Below are positions 40,901 through 55,148 of a stretch of DNA of 64,000 bases, one piece after another. The DNA is taken from positions 1-64,000 of the forward strand of contig JAHBMJ010000035.1 of assembly GCA_018398765.1 (NCBI GenBank). Direction: 5' to 3'. The notes beneath the pieces were generated by a model that ran no database searches, had not been told where the DNA came from, and saw nothing but the letters and a program-made list of their open reading frames with translations. The translations under genes were made by a program, and so were the position numbers. This DNA is from Chromera velia (lineage: Eukaryota). The stretch's first letter is position 1. Every line of letters starts with the position of its first letter.

Positions 40901-43900
40901 GCTGCTGCTGGCCGGTCTTGCTTGCCGATGCAGCAGTCGCCCCTCCCGTCCCACCACCGGAATTCGCAGAAGCACCAGCAGCAGAAGGTTGCTGCTGCTG
41001 GAGGGTGGAGACAGCGGGGGTGATGCCAGAGAGAAGAGCATCCAGGACGGGAGAGGGCGGGCACTTTGGGTGTGAGGTGATGCACCGCCATCTGCACCAG
41101 TGCCTGCAAGTGAAAGTCGAAAGGCAAAAGAAGAGAAACAGGGAAAACAATGCAACGACTGCCAGTGACCCCAAGGACCGCCCATTGGGAGGGGACACAC
41201 GCGCGCACAAGCCGGAGGCGGGGGGGCGAGAGAAAGGAGACAGAGAGCGAGAGAAAGAGAGAGAGAATTTACAGTAGGGAAACGGACTGCGGATGGACAG
41301 ATATAAAGACGAAACGCGAAGAATATAAAGAGACAGGGGCATACTACTTCCCCTTTCTTTGTCCAAGGATCATGACACTCAGTCGTCGACAAAGGACGCA
41401 TCAGCGTTGCGTCCGGAAGACAATTAACTGGATCGTACTGTCGACTCCCTTTCTTTCTCTCTCACCTGCTGAGTTGTCCCATCAGAGCTCCAAGAAAGGA
41501 AGTTCCCTTCACGAGAAGAAGCGGGAGGGAAGAGGACAAATCCAGAGGTCCGGTCACCTTGGAGAACTCGAAGGTCAAGTGGAACGCGAGGCCTGATCGA
41601 ACAGAAGGAATGGAAAAAAAGAGAAGAAGATCATATTGCATCCACTCTCATGTGCGCAAAGAGACCCGACTGGGAGCCCTCTGATCATGAGCCTGTCCTT
41701 TAGAGTTGGTGCGAGGGACCAGGGAAGAGATGACAATATGAAGGGAAAGAAAAAAGAACTGACTCACCCGAGGAAGCTGCAAAGAGAGCGAACTCTTCTT
41801 TCATCCTGTCGAAGAGGAACAGAGAAGAAACCGCAACGCGAGAAGGTGAGAGAGGAGGACCCGCACCTCCACCTGAATTGTGCTGTTGCGTGTGCGTGGG
41901 AGTTTGGGGGGCTATGCTTCCTGCTGTTGCTGGTTTGGCAGGCGATAGGACAGGAGAGCCTGCGAACGCTAGTGTTTGCTTGGCTGTACTGTGATCATCT
42001 CCCGTTTCCCTCTCTTTATCTTTTTCCTTTTCAGCCCCATCCTCTTCCTCTTTCTCCATCTCCCTCTCATGTTTGTTGTCAGGTCTGGAATGCCCAGAAA
42101 GGCTCAAATCGACTGCAGCACTTGCCACCAGGGCGCCACCCTGTTTAAGAAGCAGAGTAATCACGTGAAGCAACTGCGGCTGCACAACACCTGACACAAC
42201 GCCAGAGCGCGCCATCTCCTCCCAGGTATCCTCTACAGAGGACCCTCCAGAGGGCAGGGGGGGCAGGGAGGACCCACTCGCAGTGCCCACTGCCCCACAA
42301 GGAGTGCTCAGACTCTCTGTTGTCTGATGTTGCTGCTGCTGATGCGACGTCTGTTGTGCGAGGTCCCTCTGCTGTTGCACCTCCCTAAAAGGCTCCCCTG
42401 TTGCCAGACGCCTCTCTCCTGCAGGCAGGTCGTGATGAAAGAGAAGAGAAAGACGGTTGAAACAAAATTATGAAGAAAAACAGGGCCACCGAAAGACCTT
42501 TCTGTCACGGGCTTTGCTCCTTTTCCACCCTATTCATTTTTTTTTGCCTTTCCCTGTACGCCGTTCTTCTCGAAAGATCTCCAAAAAATGGACGGGAGAA
42601 ATACCAACACGTAGAAGGATAGTGGCTGTTACGAGAATAAAATGCTCGCTTGATTGAGGACACACGAAAATGTTGCAAGAGGCCCCCCCCGCACGAGGCG
42701 AAGGATGCCCGTGAATGACGAAACTTTTTTTCCGTTGTCGTTCAGGTAATCAATCCACCGCCTCCCACCCCCTTTCCTTTCTCTATTCCTCCCGACCTTG
42801 AAACAGCTCCAAAGCGAAGTCGACTAGGACAGTGGCCCGACCCGTCAGGAGAAGGAAGGACCGACACACGGAGGACTTGGCAAGGAGGCCCAGAAGCTTG
42901 AGGGCAAAACTGCAATCGTGCACGCAAGAACAACCACGCAGGAAAGAACACAAATGATGAGGACAGAAAATAAACTTCCCGTATCACGACAAGCTTCTGT
43001 CTTTCTGACTTATTCGCTCAAGTTGCGGGTCTCTACTCTAGGTTTGTAAAGCAGTGAAGCTCTCTCTCCCTCGCTCTAGGTGATTGAAGGAAGGAAGGAA
43101 GATTGCATGGCTAACGGGCCGACTGACTGACTGACACGATGGTGTCTTTGACAGAAGCGGACGGGAGGTCTGAAGGCACCTGGGACGGCCTCAGTCCCTC
43201 CAGCACCGTCAGGAGGACCGCCGCCCCCCCGAGTCTCAGGAAAGTGGACGTGTCGCCCTCTCGGGAGGCGTCGAGGACCTGCATGAGAGGCGCCACACAG
43301 AGAGAGGAAGGGAGAAAAGAGGGCGATCGAAAGTATAATGAGAGGTAGGCAACCAGACAAAAAGCTGGCAACCAGACAATTGAGAAAGAAGACAGAACGA
43401 GAGAGAAACCAAAAGAGAAGGAAAGGTAGAAAGGGAGGACAACAGAAAAAAAAAGAAAAAAAAAAAAGATGGAAAAGTCTGTCTTTCTGTCCGTGTGTTT
43501 TTGTCTACTTAACTGACTGACAGGCTGACCTTGCAAAGTTCTCTCAGCGTCTGTTCGACCTTGCACATCTCCCAAGAGGAGGGGGAGAGACCGCAGAGCG
43601 CCACCGACTGCTGCGGAGAGAGCGACCCCACTCCTCCTCCCCCTGCTGCTGCTGCAGGAGAGATAGACTGCCCACTGGGGGACGATGAAGGCCCCGTGCC
43701 TGTCGTCTGTCCGCAGGAGGAAGAGGAAGAGGAAGAGGAACTTTCTTTTTCCTTGCCGCCCTGAAGAGAGGCCTGTACAGAGGGGTCCGAGGAGGCCTCC
43801 ACCTGCGGCAGTGCACAGTCCGCGCACACAGAGAACCGAGAGAGCGAACGAGAGAGTGCTACACACACACACGCGCGCGCGCACGCACGCAGACACGCAG

Positions 43901-46179
43901 AAACCTCGACCGAAAGCACTGTAGGAGAGAGCTCAAGGCGACGACTGTGTCCTCATAGCAACCGCCCCACTGTTGCACCCACACAAATATGGCTTTTCAT
44001 TGGCTGCCCCGTTTCCCACCCACACAGGAAAAAACGGTCGGGGAGCGCTGACCGACCAATTGGCGCAACTCCTTCACCAGCTTCCCGACACGTGACCTCT
44101 TCGCACCGGCAGGACCACATCCACACGCATCCAGAGCGCTCCTCTCGTCTGCCAACGCGACAGCCGTCCACCTTTGCAGCTTGCCTTTGCTCCTGCAAAG
44201 CAGAAGAGAAGCAAATAAATGATCATGCTCACTGACGATCTATGCGCTACAACGAAGCGTGTTGCTTTCAAGGAATGGGCGAAGGAGCGCATTTCACCTC
44301 TCTCTGCGCTTCAGGAAACAGAAATAGAATTGCAATCGGTTTGCTACTGACTTGACGGAGAAAGCTTTGAGGGCATCTGCGGCAGCAAGGAGATTCCTTT
44401 GAGATTCCTCCCTTTTTGCCTTCCCCTCCTTGTCTGTTGCATCTTTCTCTTTGTCTTTCTCCTTTGAAGGCAAGCGAAAGAGAAGTGCTTCCTCCTCTCT
44501 TTCTCTTTCCCTCTCCTTCTCCTTTTCTCGCTCGCGCTCGTGCTGTCTGGCTTTGTGGGAGTGAGGGGGAGGAGGTGACGTCGGGCCGTGTTTTTGGGCC
44601 CTCGACTCCGAGGTGGTTGCCGTGGAAGAAGGGAAGGAAGAAGAGGCCCCCCCAGAGGGAATGGAAATGGACGAAGAATGGGGGTCTTCTCCCCCCCCTG
44701 TGTTTGACTTTCTGTTGTGAGTTTGTCTATTGACAAGCTTCCCTCCTGCTCCTGCAGAGAGAGAGGAGTCCTTCTTTGCTCCTGCTCCCCCGCTCTGTTC
44801 TTTCTCTTTCTCCCCTTTTTCCTTCTCGTGCGTTTCCCCTACAGCCTTCTCCTTCTCCCTTCGCTTCTTAGGACCCCCCCCCGTCTTTGTGAGGGATTTG
44901 GTTTCTGGCGCAGTCGTCTCGCTGAGCTCCTTTTCGTTCAGTTTCTCGTCAGTCGGTCTCTCTTCTCCTTCCTCCTTTTCTTTGTCCTTTCCCCCACGCA
45001 ATGCCTTGTCCTTTTCTTTCTGCTTGTCCTTCTTTGCATTCTTTGCGTCCGGCCTTCCCTTCGCAATCGCCAATTCCGACTGTGCATGCGCTTTCCCTCC
45101 CCCATGCAGGTGCTGCTGTTGTCGGGATGTTGCGGCCTCAAGAGAGGAACGACTCGGGTTTACTGCCGTCGGAGGTTGCTGCGTCTTCGTGTTCGCAGCT
45201 CGACCGTTGACTCCGGGGCGGCGCGGCGGCACAAAAATCCATCGGGGCGATTCCGAAAGAGAAAACGTGTGACGTGTCTTGGGGGGCGTCGCCACAGAGG
45301 AGGCCCGGTCCCCTCCCATGAGAGCGCTTGGGGACTTGGGGGGCTGTGAGTCGGGTGCTTCCTTCGGAGAAGAGCCGGGGGCGGCTGAAGAGGCTGGAAT
45401 GCCGCTTCCCGGTCGGCCTGGTGCCATTGCAACACTCGAGGACGGAGACGAGAGGACATTGCCCTCAAATGCCGTCTCCTGTGAATTTTTCCGAACGGAG
45501 ACGCTGGCTGCAGTGCCGGTAACTGTTGCAGATACAGTGAGTGAGTGGGCAGAGAGAACTGAGGCAAAGGAGGAAACAGAGTGAGAGTGAGAACCCTCTC
45601 GAGCGGGCGCCTGACGTTGGAGGGCGTCCATCGGGAGGGATGCCGGGGTCCCTGCTGGCCCTGCCGGGGCCCCTGCAGCTGCTGCGGCAGCAGATTGCCT
45701 TCCTGGTTGTTTTCCTTTTCCTGCATGGGCCTTTCCTCGCTGCTTCTCCTCCTTCTCCTTTTCTTTCTTTGCAGCAGCTGCCGCTGCAGCTGCATAGGTC
45801 GCTTTTGTGTTGGTTGAGGCGTCCTTCATCATCAGAGACGCCCCCCCCGAGTGTTGGCCCTCGTGGCGGTTGGGCTTTGCAGAGGATGAGGAGGAAGAGG
45901 CGGCTCCTGAGTCTCGGTGCTGCAGTCAGTGCGTCGAGTCGAGGAGCAGTCAAAAGCGAAGAGCAAAATTAGGGCTCGGTTCTTCGACCGGCGCGCAAAC
46001 GAACGGAAGACAACGCAGTGGGACGAGAAGGGCAACTTTTGTATTACCCCGGGATAAATTGCCGACAGTTGTTCTCGGTCTCCCTGAACGCGCGTGCGCG
46101 CGCGTGTGTGTGTATCTATGTGTGTGTCTGCCTGTCCGTCTATCTGTCTGTTTGTCTGTATCTCGAGCGAAGGAGACAG

Positions 46180-46214
<35 letters not shown>

Positions 46215-49200
46215 AAGAGGGAGAGAGAGAGAGAGAGAGACAGAGAGAGAGAAAAGCGCAGAGGCAAAGAAACAAGACCCACCCACCAGAGCCGTAACTG
46301 CCGAGACAGACTGGCATTCCAAGTTCTTCTCTGCAGAGGCAGAAGCCCCCCCCGCAAGACCAGAGGAAGAAGCTGGGAAGGATTCATCACCCAGCGCCCT
46401 GGAGGCTGCTCCCTTCTCCTTCTCTTTTTCGGCTTCGGATACAGAGACAGAGACGGTGTGCATGATCGTGGAGGGGGTGCCTGGGGCGCTTCTCTGTCCC
46501 TCCCTTTCCCTCTCTCTGTCCAGAACGTCACCCCGACTTCCCGATCCAGCTGCCCCGCTTCCCCTGTAAATCAGTGAAGCTGCACTCACACACAGAAAGA
46601 CTGTATGTCTTGCTTTTTGCCTTCTTTCTTTTTCGTTTCAAGCAAACAAGAAAGCAGACAGACAGGCAGGCACACAGATTATGCGGTGCCTTTCTTTCCT
46701 TGTCTTTCTGCCGTCAAAACGGAGAAAGAAGAAATGCCTTCCAGACAAAAGAGAAACAATCGGTGACTTCTTACGATTGCAAAGAGAAGAGGAAAACGAA
46801 TACAAATACAAACATTTTACGTTTTGCTTCGCTCTACTCCCATAGCGCTTCTTTCTGGCCTACTGGATTCCTGCCAAGTCTGCTCGTATCCTCGCTCAGA
46901 TGTTAATGTAAGAATATATCCGTACGCACACACAAAAAGAAACACTTGACTCACGCACTCACGCACCCACCCGTCGATGTCTGCCCGCTCCTCTCCTCCC
47001 CCAGAGGTGAACCTTCAGAGTCACCCGTTTGACGCCTATCCTTGTCCCCTTGCCTCCCTTCATGTCCTCTCTCCTGCCGACAGCCACCCCTGTCTTCTCC
47101 CTCTCCAGAGGCACAAAAGGCATCGTCGTCGGAACGCCAAATCCGAGGAGAGGATGAAGGTGTACCGGGCAATCCAGAGTCACCATGTCCTCCCTTTCCG
47201 GGGCCATTCGGGGGAAACGAGGAGACCGCCGCCGGAGGTGAAAGGTCCCCGAGCTCTTCTTGGAGCCGGTGGTCCCTCTGGCAAAAAAAAGAAAAAAAAA
47301 GGGGGGGGAGAATAAGAGAAGTGGGGCATGATGGCAACAGAGATGATTGAGTCTACTTCTCGGGTGCAAAGTCTGCAGCATGGGCGGTCACCCTGCTCAC
47401 TGAATTTCCTTTCTCCCCTTTCGGTCACCTCCCTGCATCTGTTGCGCTCTCCCAGACTTCTGAACGGCGACATGTTTCCCTCTCGAGAACTCACAAACGT
47501 GCGGACATTCTTTCTGGTTGTAGAATGGATCAAATACGCTCAGGGAACGACAAGAGATCGACGCAATTACTGCCTGCCTGACTGCCTGACTGACCCTTGA
47601 GTTGACATAGTGATGAGGAGACCTCTCAGGAGATGAAAACGACCCCCCACAGTCTCCCCTTCTGCTCGACCTCGACAGCCCAAACCCCGTACCGCCCCTG
47701 CCACTTGGGCCCGTGAAGGGCAGAGATGGACCCCCATCCGTCTCCTTCAAAGAGTCCGGACTCACACTCAAACCCATGCTGCAGTGAAAAGCAGGAGTGC
47801 AGGCATGCGTCCATACGGGTGCATCGGTGGATGTATGCGTTTAAAGGGAGCAACAGGGACGGAAAAAACAGAAATCGGTCGACAAGTCAGCAGCAGGCAC
47901 GTCGGGACAAGTCCAGTTGGCAGAGATACGTCTTCGTCCCATGTCTACTGATCACCGAAAAAGAAATCGGAATCAGGTCCTGATTCTCTTCTTTTAGAGA
48001 AGCACCGTCAGAGCCCGAAACACTTTTGACGTCTTTATCCCTCCTCCAACTTCGCCCAGTCTTCTGCTTAAGACACTAGTGACCGTCGTATCATCAAGAA
48101 AAGGCAGTTCAGCAAAAAAAGAGGACACACAAGCTTCCAGTTCCAAGGCAGCTACTGACGGACCGTGCAGCAAGAGAGCGTCTAATTCTGGACTCGGGAC
48201 TGTCCCCTGGACCGGAGCCCTGCACACACTCACACACGCACAGACAGAGGGTGATGGCAACCGAACTAAAAGTTTGGGCATGCAAAAGATTCCCAAACTG
48301 ATTTCTTGTGGACAAGCAGATAGGCAGAGAAAACTGCAGAAGAAGACACAAATATGCGGAGGTGAAGAGAACACAAATATCGCCGCGACCGGAGAGGAGA
48401 TTTATGAACACACAGGAGACAGGAAGTTGTTTTGAAAAGAAATTCATCCGGTTGAATCCCTCTCTTTTGGACTGATCAATAGAATCGATATCAATCACTT
48501 CCCTCCAAAAACAAACAATACAGCAACCGACGAAACCCCAATTTCAAGTCCCGCCGGGTGTTTGGAATTTTTTTTGAAAGGGCTGCTCTTCTTTTGTCCG
48601 CCCTTTCTGGTTATGTCTGTGCGTACCTGCTGTGTGCGCATCACTTTCTTTCTCTGCAGGACTTGAGAGATTCTCCTTTCATCCTCCATCCCCTTCTTTC
48701 GAATGCTTTCCAAGTGGAGTTGGCGTCGCTCTGCTGCCAGCTTTTCTTTTCCCTGCACGCGCACATGCATGCAGTGTTTGTTCATCGATGGGGGCGCAGC
48801 AGAATGAATGTGTGTGTGGTCTGAGTGTGGGGGGAAATCCGAAGAAACCTCCAGCAGCTAGCGTCGAGTGACCTGACAGTCAGTCCTCCACGGAGAGAAC
48901 AGAGAGGCGGGCAACGTATCATACGCAACCTTCTTTCCAGAGTACAGGTGAGCCACGAAGGCGTGGAAACGGAAATGGGTGCCAGAATGAGAAGTTAAAT
49001 GACCCATCGATGGATCAGGAAAAACTCTCGGCTCTCGGGCAAACAGCAAAGTGCAACACCCTCCCTACCATTCAACAACATCCATACAACCCCATGAAGT
49101 CTCCTTGCGGCTTTCACACATGTGTACGCCTGGACACATGGATCACTGTACGCAACATCGTGCGGTTATTCGTGTTTATTGCGTGGAACCATTCATTCAA

Positions 49201-49596
49201 AACCTTCGTCCCGAACCTCTAATTGTCTCCTCTTTTCTTCTTGCGCCTGCGTCTCCTTTTTCCGACGCTGCTGGAGGGCCCTGCACAAAGAAAGGACAAA
49301 AGTGCATCCACACGGTTCCTTCCTCATCCTTTTCGTCCTGTTTTTTGCGGTAAGATGGTGTTGCATGTGATGCTTGTGTAGCCATGGCGAAAGCTTGCAA
49401 GCTCACTGTGGGATGTCAAAGAAGGCCAATTCGCTTCGATGATGTGCGGCTACAGTTCTTCTCCAATTCACATCATGTGCTCTTGGGAGGAGTGAGAGAG
49501 AGAGAAAGAGTTACAACCATACGGAAAGATGATAGCGAAGTTCGAAAAGACAAGATCAGAAGGACACAAACACAGGAAATACGAAAGGAATGGTGT

Positions 49597-49636
<40 letters not shown>

Positions 49637-50706
49637 TCTCTGATACGGGCAAGCAAACCCTGGCTGCAACCTCGCTTCCTCGCTCTCCTTCTTTCCAGAG
49701 AAAAAAGTTCTTCGCTCTTTCACTCTCTCCTTCCCAGTACCTTCTTCTACTCACTGACAGACTCATGCACTCCTTCGCTCCCTCCCTCCCCCCCTGCCAC
49801 ACTGACGCTGAAATCCGTCTCGCTCTGTCCAGCAGTCTCCTTCTGTATTGTCCCTCCCGGCTCTGCCTGCATGAAGAGGCCTGCGCCAGTCTCCCTTCAA
49901 GAACGGCTGCAGGGAGGGATGGGAGGACAGAAGGAAAGAAGAGACAAGGAGGGAGGGGCGGAAGGAAGGGAGGTGCACCACTGATTGTGAAACAGGGAAC
50001 GCTGCATCGGTTAGAAATGAAGAAAAAGGGCTCCTGGATCTCGTTCACCTGTTTGGTCTTCCAGTTCTCCTTTGCAACCCACCCATTTCATCGCCGAAGC
50101 CCAACCGCAGCTTTCGCTGAAAAGCAAAGGGGGGGGGGGGGGNNNNNNNNNNNNNNNNNNNNNNNNNNNNNNNNNNNNNNNNNNNNNNNNNNNNNNNNNN
50201 NNNNNNNNNNNNNNNNNNNNNNNNNNNNNNNNNNNNNNNNNNNNNNNNNNNNNNNNNNNNNNNNNNNNNNNNNNNNNNNNNNNNNNNNNNNNNNNNNNNN
50301 NNNNNNNNNNNNNNNNNGGGGGGGGGGGGGGGCTGGACGTCGGATGAAGAGGCCCGGGAAGGGAACAAAAGAAAGTGGAACCACAATACTTGACAAAATG
50401 ATCATACCAGAAAGGGTGTCCCTACAGTCAGACGACATGGGGCAGAATAGGCGATAAGCAAGAAGTAAATGCAGAAAAAAAGCATCGGGGTTGCGTGAAC
50501 GACAGGGTGCTTGCTTAGCACGGCCACCCTACTGACTGACTGACTGACTGACTGACCAGCGGCATTCTTCCTGAGTTCGTCCTTGATGAAGGCGATGATT
50601 TGCTGCTTGTGGCTTTCTGTCCGTGCTCGTCGGCTCACCTCCCTCAGGGAGGCTTCGTATTGTTCCTTTGCCCTGCAGGAGATGAGAAGAATCAAGTCAA
50701 TCCGGA

Positions 50707-50741
<35 letters not shown>

Positions 50742-53700
50742 AAGAAAGAAAAGAAAGGAGGGACAGAAGGGAAGTGAAAAAGGGGCCGGATGAGATCGAG
50801 ACAGGCTCGGAGAAAGACGTCCAAAGAAGAAGAGGAGAAACGACAGACGGCCAATAGAGTGATTTCGTTTGACACGCACCAAGGCACATCCTTGAAGCGA
50901 GACAGTTCAGGCAAAGATATTGCTGTCACACCCACTATGTCAGGCTGTCTTCCTTTCGCTACCGCTGGCGTACCCCGTAACCCTTCTTTCTGTGCAAAAA
51001 ATCAATGAAAAAATGGCACCAGCAACATGATGAACACCTGCCTGGTCATCTTCCGCAGCAGTTCGTCTTGTTTCGTCTCCAACTCGCGCTCCTTCCGCTC
51101 TCGCGCTCTTCTGCAAGTGCATTGCGGTGATCGGGAACTTACTGGGTCAGTCAGTCAGACGTCGGAGAGAGAGAAGGTATGGGGGAGGGCAGCAGGAAGT
51201 GGATGGAGCCAAGAGAAGAAAGGAGAACATCGGATACGCTCGGGAGGTACACACCGGCCCGAAAGAATCAACAAAGGCCTTTTTCCGGCAGCCCAATACA
51301 AAGTCGCGTTTTCACTGTGATGCAGAAACTCTTCTGCAAATCTCACTTGGCCGGACCTGTCGACCATATCTTCATTCATTCATTCGACTCACTGGATCTT
51401 CTTGTCGAGCTCCAGCGATTGACGCGTCCGTTTGACGTCTTCCGAAAATCGGAACTCCATTGCGCGTCGCTGCGTGTAGAGAGCGAGGGAAGGAAGAGTA
51501 CTCGCTCAGGTAATAAATAAGTTGGGGCAAGGAGAGGCAGAGGCAGCGTGTCAGAGACAAGAAGCATCTTTGCTCACAGTTCCCTTTCTTCTCTCTTTCT
51601 GGTGGAATGGTGAACACCTTCTTTGAAACAACGATTGAGGCAGGACAGGAGATTTGAATCCCCCACTCGCACTCCAAATGATTCTCAATCACACACAATG
51701 AAGGTCAAGTTTTCTCTCTCATCTGACCTTACCTGTCTCTCTTCCTGTCTTCTCAATACTTCCACGGGTGCTTTCTTCTGCAAACAGGAAGGCAGGAAGG
51801 AACGCAAGAAGGAGAGATGAAAGTGAATTAGCTCACGTCCCTGACCGCAAACATAGGAAGACAGACAGACGCGACGATCGTTCGACTGAAGAAAAGAAAA
51901 GAATGAAATTGCACAAAAAAGAGAAAAGGATGAAAAAGAGCCAGCAGCCCGCCCGAATATGTTGAAAGAAACCAAATCAAGGAGTCGCCTGTTGTAAACG
52001 ACCTACAGCGTATCTGTCCGGGGATGAGAACCGCATGTGGAGAGCCCTCTGTGCATCCATCACGTACTGCACAATGTCCCGAAGATCTGTCCCCCCTCTG
52101 CTGCTGCTCCCTGCCTCTGTCCCCTCTGCGCCTCCCTTCGCTGTCTTTCCTCTTGCTGTATGTTCGGTAACAGAGTTGAGACCTGAGTGGGGCGTTGGGA
52201 GACGTCTCCAGCTCTGGGAGGAGCTCATGCTCGCAGACGACCTGTGGGTTGGCAGAGGCACGGCCCCGACAGAATCACCACCTCCAGTTCCAGCGCGATG
52301 CGTGGAGGCGGGGGGAGATCCTGGTTGAAAGGACGGCGACACATTCCCTGATTTTGGCGGGGGACTCGGGGGCTCCGCCGCGGCTGCCCTGTAGCCTGCA
52401 GGGAACAGGGGCGCATTTTGGACCTTCCTCCCTCGTCTTAAGGCTGCTCCCTGCTGGGCTTGCGCAGAGGAGGAGGAGGCTGTGACTTGAGGGGCACCTT
52501 GGCTGCTGAAGGAATTGTGCGCCGCCACCTGCCTCTGGTGTTGTTGGAGGGACCCCGGAAAGGCGGCGACACCCGAATACTGCTGTTCGGAGACGGGCGT
52601 CTCATGTCCTTGCAGTGCTGCGGGTGTCATCTTGAAAGAAGACGAGACGGTTGAAGCAGCATCAAGAGGTGGACGTGCACTTCTGGCAGTCGGGGTGGGG
52701 ACGGAGGAGGCTGGGGGGGAGGGCGCGGTCCTCGCTGTGGGTGCGGGGGGGCGTCTCCCTGGAGATCGGTGTCCGTGCATAGGGCTCTGCATCAGCCAAG
52801 AACAAAGTAAAGCAGTATGCATTCGTCCATGCATCCCTGCATGAGATTACACCTGTCCACTATTTTTCAGAACCTAAGCTCCTCATGAGTCTATCTCCCG
52901 TTATGCGCGCCGCCCCCCAATAAACGACCAAGCATCCAAACATTTGCCTATCTGTCTGGCCTTCTACGAACGAGAAAGAGGGAACGGTCATTTTGCGGTG
53001 AGGAAAAAGAGAAACGGCAGAAGAAAGAGGAAAGACTCAGTCATCCATGAAAAGACATCATTTCAAGAAAAGAGAGAAAGACTTGCAGACCTCCCGACTA
53101 CACCCTCCAGCAGAACCCCGGGCGATGCCACGAACAACAAAAGGAAAAAAACCTCTACTTACCTGCAGCATCGAGAGAGCAGTCTCCAGCTGCAGAGGAG
53201 GCTTCTGCTCCCCCTGTTCTGAACCTGCTGACATCCGTCTCACCTCCCAAGCATGAGACACAACTCTGCTGTGCGTTGCAGTTCGGGGCGTGTGGCTGTG
53301 GGAAGACCCCCCCCCTCCTTGCGTTACTGAAGACTCCCCCCCACTCTCTGTCATACAGGTCAGGCCCCCAACCTTGTCCTTTCCTGCTACTGCTGACTGC
53401 TCCTGTCCATTCCCTCCCCCTTCCTTCACATGGGTCTCCTTCCCTGCAAGTTGGGGATCTCTTTCTTCGGCCTGCTGGAGGAGATCCTTCTCTCTTTCTC
53501 TTTCCCTCTCGTTCTTCTCTTTCTCGAGGCTTTGAGCCTGCTCTCGTGCAGTCTGGTGGGCAAACTCCTGGAGATGAAACCTCTCAACCAGCTGCGAGAA
53601 GTCGGCCTCCGCATCTTTGAGAATTTGAGTGACAGACCCGACACAGTCGGGGTCAGATTCAAACTCACAAAGCGCGTAGATTTCGTCAATCGAACGGCGG

Positions 53701-54098
53701 AGACGGCTGAGAGACTCAGTCCAAAGCCGAGCACGCAGAGCAAAACCGTCGAAGTCCCCAGCCTGCATACTGGTGCTTCCCGCAGTCAGACAAGAGGAGA
53801 CGCCAAGACTGTTGGCTGGGGACGGTAGAACACCCGACACATCCTCGTTGTCTTCATCATCAACTTCGACCTCTATTTCTGTCTCTATCTCTACATCAGC
53901 CCCCGCTTTTGACGATCGGTCTTCGTCTTCCTCGTAGTCCTCCTCTCCGTCCTCTGTGTGCTCGTGTGCCATCAAATCGGCCACGATCTGTGTGACCGTC
54001 TCCATGTCCACCCCACTCTCTATTCCCTCGAAGTCCGAACTCTCAAGTCGTGAGACGTCAGGAGGTTCTGTGAGGGCCCTTCCGCTAATTTCAGACAT
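37976..54098 (-). CDS. SCAPER: S-phase cyclin A-associated protein in the ER (SCAPER) orthologue; many exons and long low-complexity insertions
   Basis: SCAPER N-terminal domain LRARLWTESLSRLRRSIDEIYALCEFESD...ADFSQLVERFHLQE and HAWEVRRMS; LHMRFSSPDR; coiled coil ...ARTESHKQQIIAFIKDEL; C-terminal LLSRLASLPMNYFVDEKLKE|VLFPTLIASTFRNPENLKVLSSELS and RFPVSCLPEAIVFF. All are collinear with known SCAPER motifs. Confidence 0.88.
50143..50317. other. Assembly gap (N run) inside a poly-G tract, within a SCAPER intron
   Basis: N characters flanked by G runs. Confidence 0.99.
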
Positions 54099-55148
54099 TG
54101 CCGCTCAGATTTCTCCCACCTTCTGCCCTTCCTCTTTTTTGAACCGGCGGCAAACGACTGCCAACTCAGTCCTGGTGTCCCTTTCGTTCACAAATTTCAC
54201 ACGAGACTGCGGCCGTCCAAGCGCGCTTTCATCCGTGGACGTACTGAGAAGGACAAAAAGAGGTCCTCAGGCAGACTGCCTGCTTCTTTCTCTTGCACAC
54301 TGTGTACCCTGACGAATGTTACACCGAGATACCTGGCAAAGGTGTAGCCACAGACTGACGGAAGGACTCTGTATGGAACAACAGTTCAAGAGCGTCCGAA
54401 CAATACACTCCGTGGAATGCACCTCTCTCTCGACAAAGCAGAATGGCAGCACTTCGTTCGAGATGCCTATCAGCTTCCGGCCTCGTAGAAAGAATTGTCA
54501 CACCTAAACGAGACTGAGACGGGCGAATTTATTCTCCTGTTGGCAGCCGTATGTCAGAATTGAGACCAGACCGACTCATGCAAATGAAGCGTCCATGCAC
54601 GGTCCCCCATGGACAGACACAGTTGTTACAGTGACGTCCACAGTGCTTCCACACCTTCGATCGCCTGCTGACAGAACCTGACAACCTGGGGATCACTCAG
54701 AAGATCTCGATCATGCAAAAGGACTCATGATGACATGATCAATCAACTTGCTCGAAGATTTGATGAGATTTGTGAGTGAGGCTTGAATTTTTTTTTTCCT
54801 CACAATTAAAATTAGCTCGGAGGGTTAGCTCGGACTGGAGCCGCGGGGATCCGAATTCGTGCGCAAATCCGATTTTCGTGACCGATCTAACTAATAATAG
54901 CCAGGAAACGTTTGTAAGGAGATTTGTAAGGCTCCTCTTCTTTTCACGTGATCGAGCAAAAGTTTGGTTCTGCCGTCACAACCTCCTGATCGGTTGATAG
55001 AAAACCAATCCTACTCCTCGTCTTATCAACCAACGCGAATTCGTTTGCGCGCAGGTGGTCAAGGCGAGTAAATTTTGTGTGCACGGGCATTCTGGCCCAA
55101 GCAATCCCTTCAAACGTGCTGATCGTTCTTTGCTGTCTGGGCTGAAAG
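54099..55148. promoter_or_regulatory. Putative bidirectional promoter and 5' UTR region between SCAPER and DNAJC21
   Basis: Head-to-head start codons about 1 kb apart, with no AT-rich block between them. Confidence 0.5.

Noticed and set aside
49384..50457. 357-aa plus-strand ORF
   Set aside because: Spans the N gap and microsatellites, and is antisense to SCAPER
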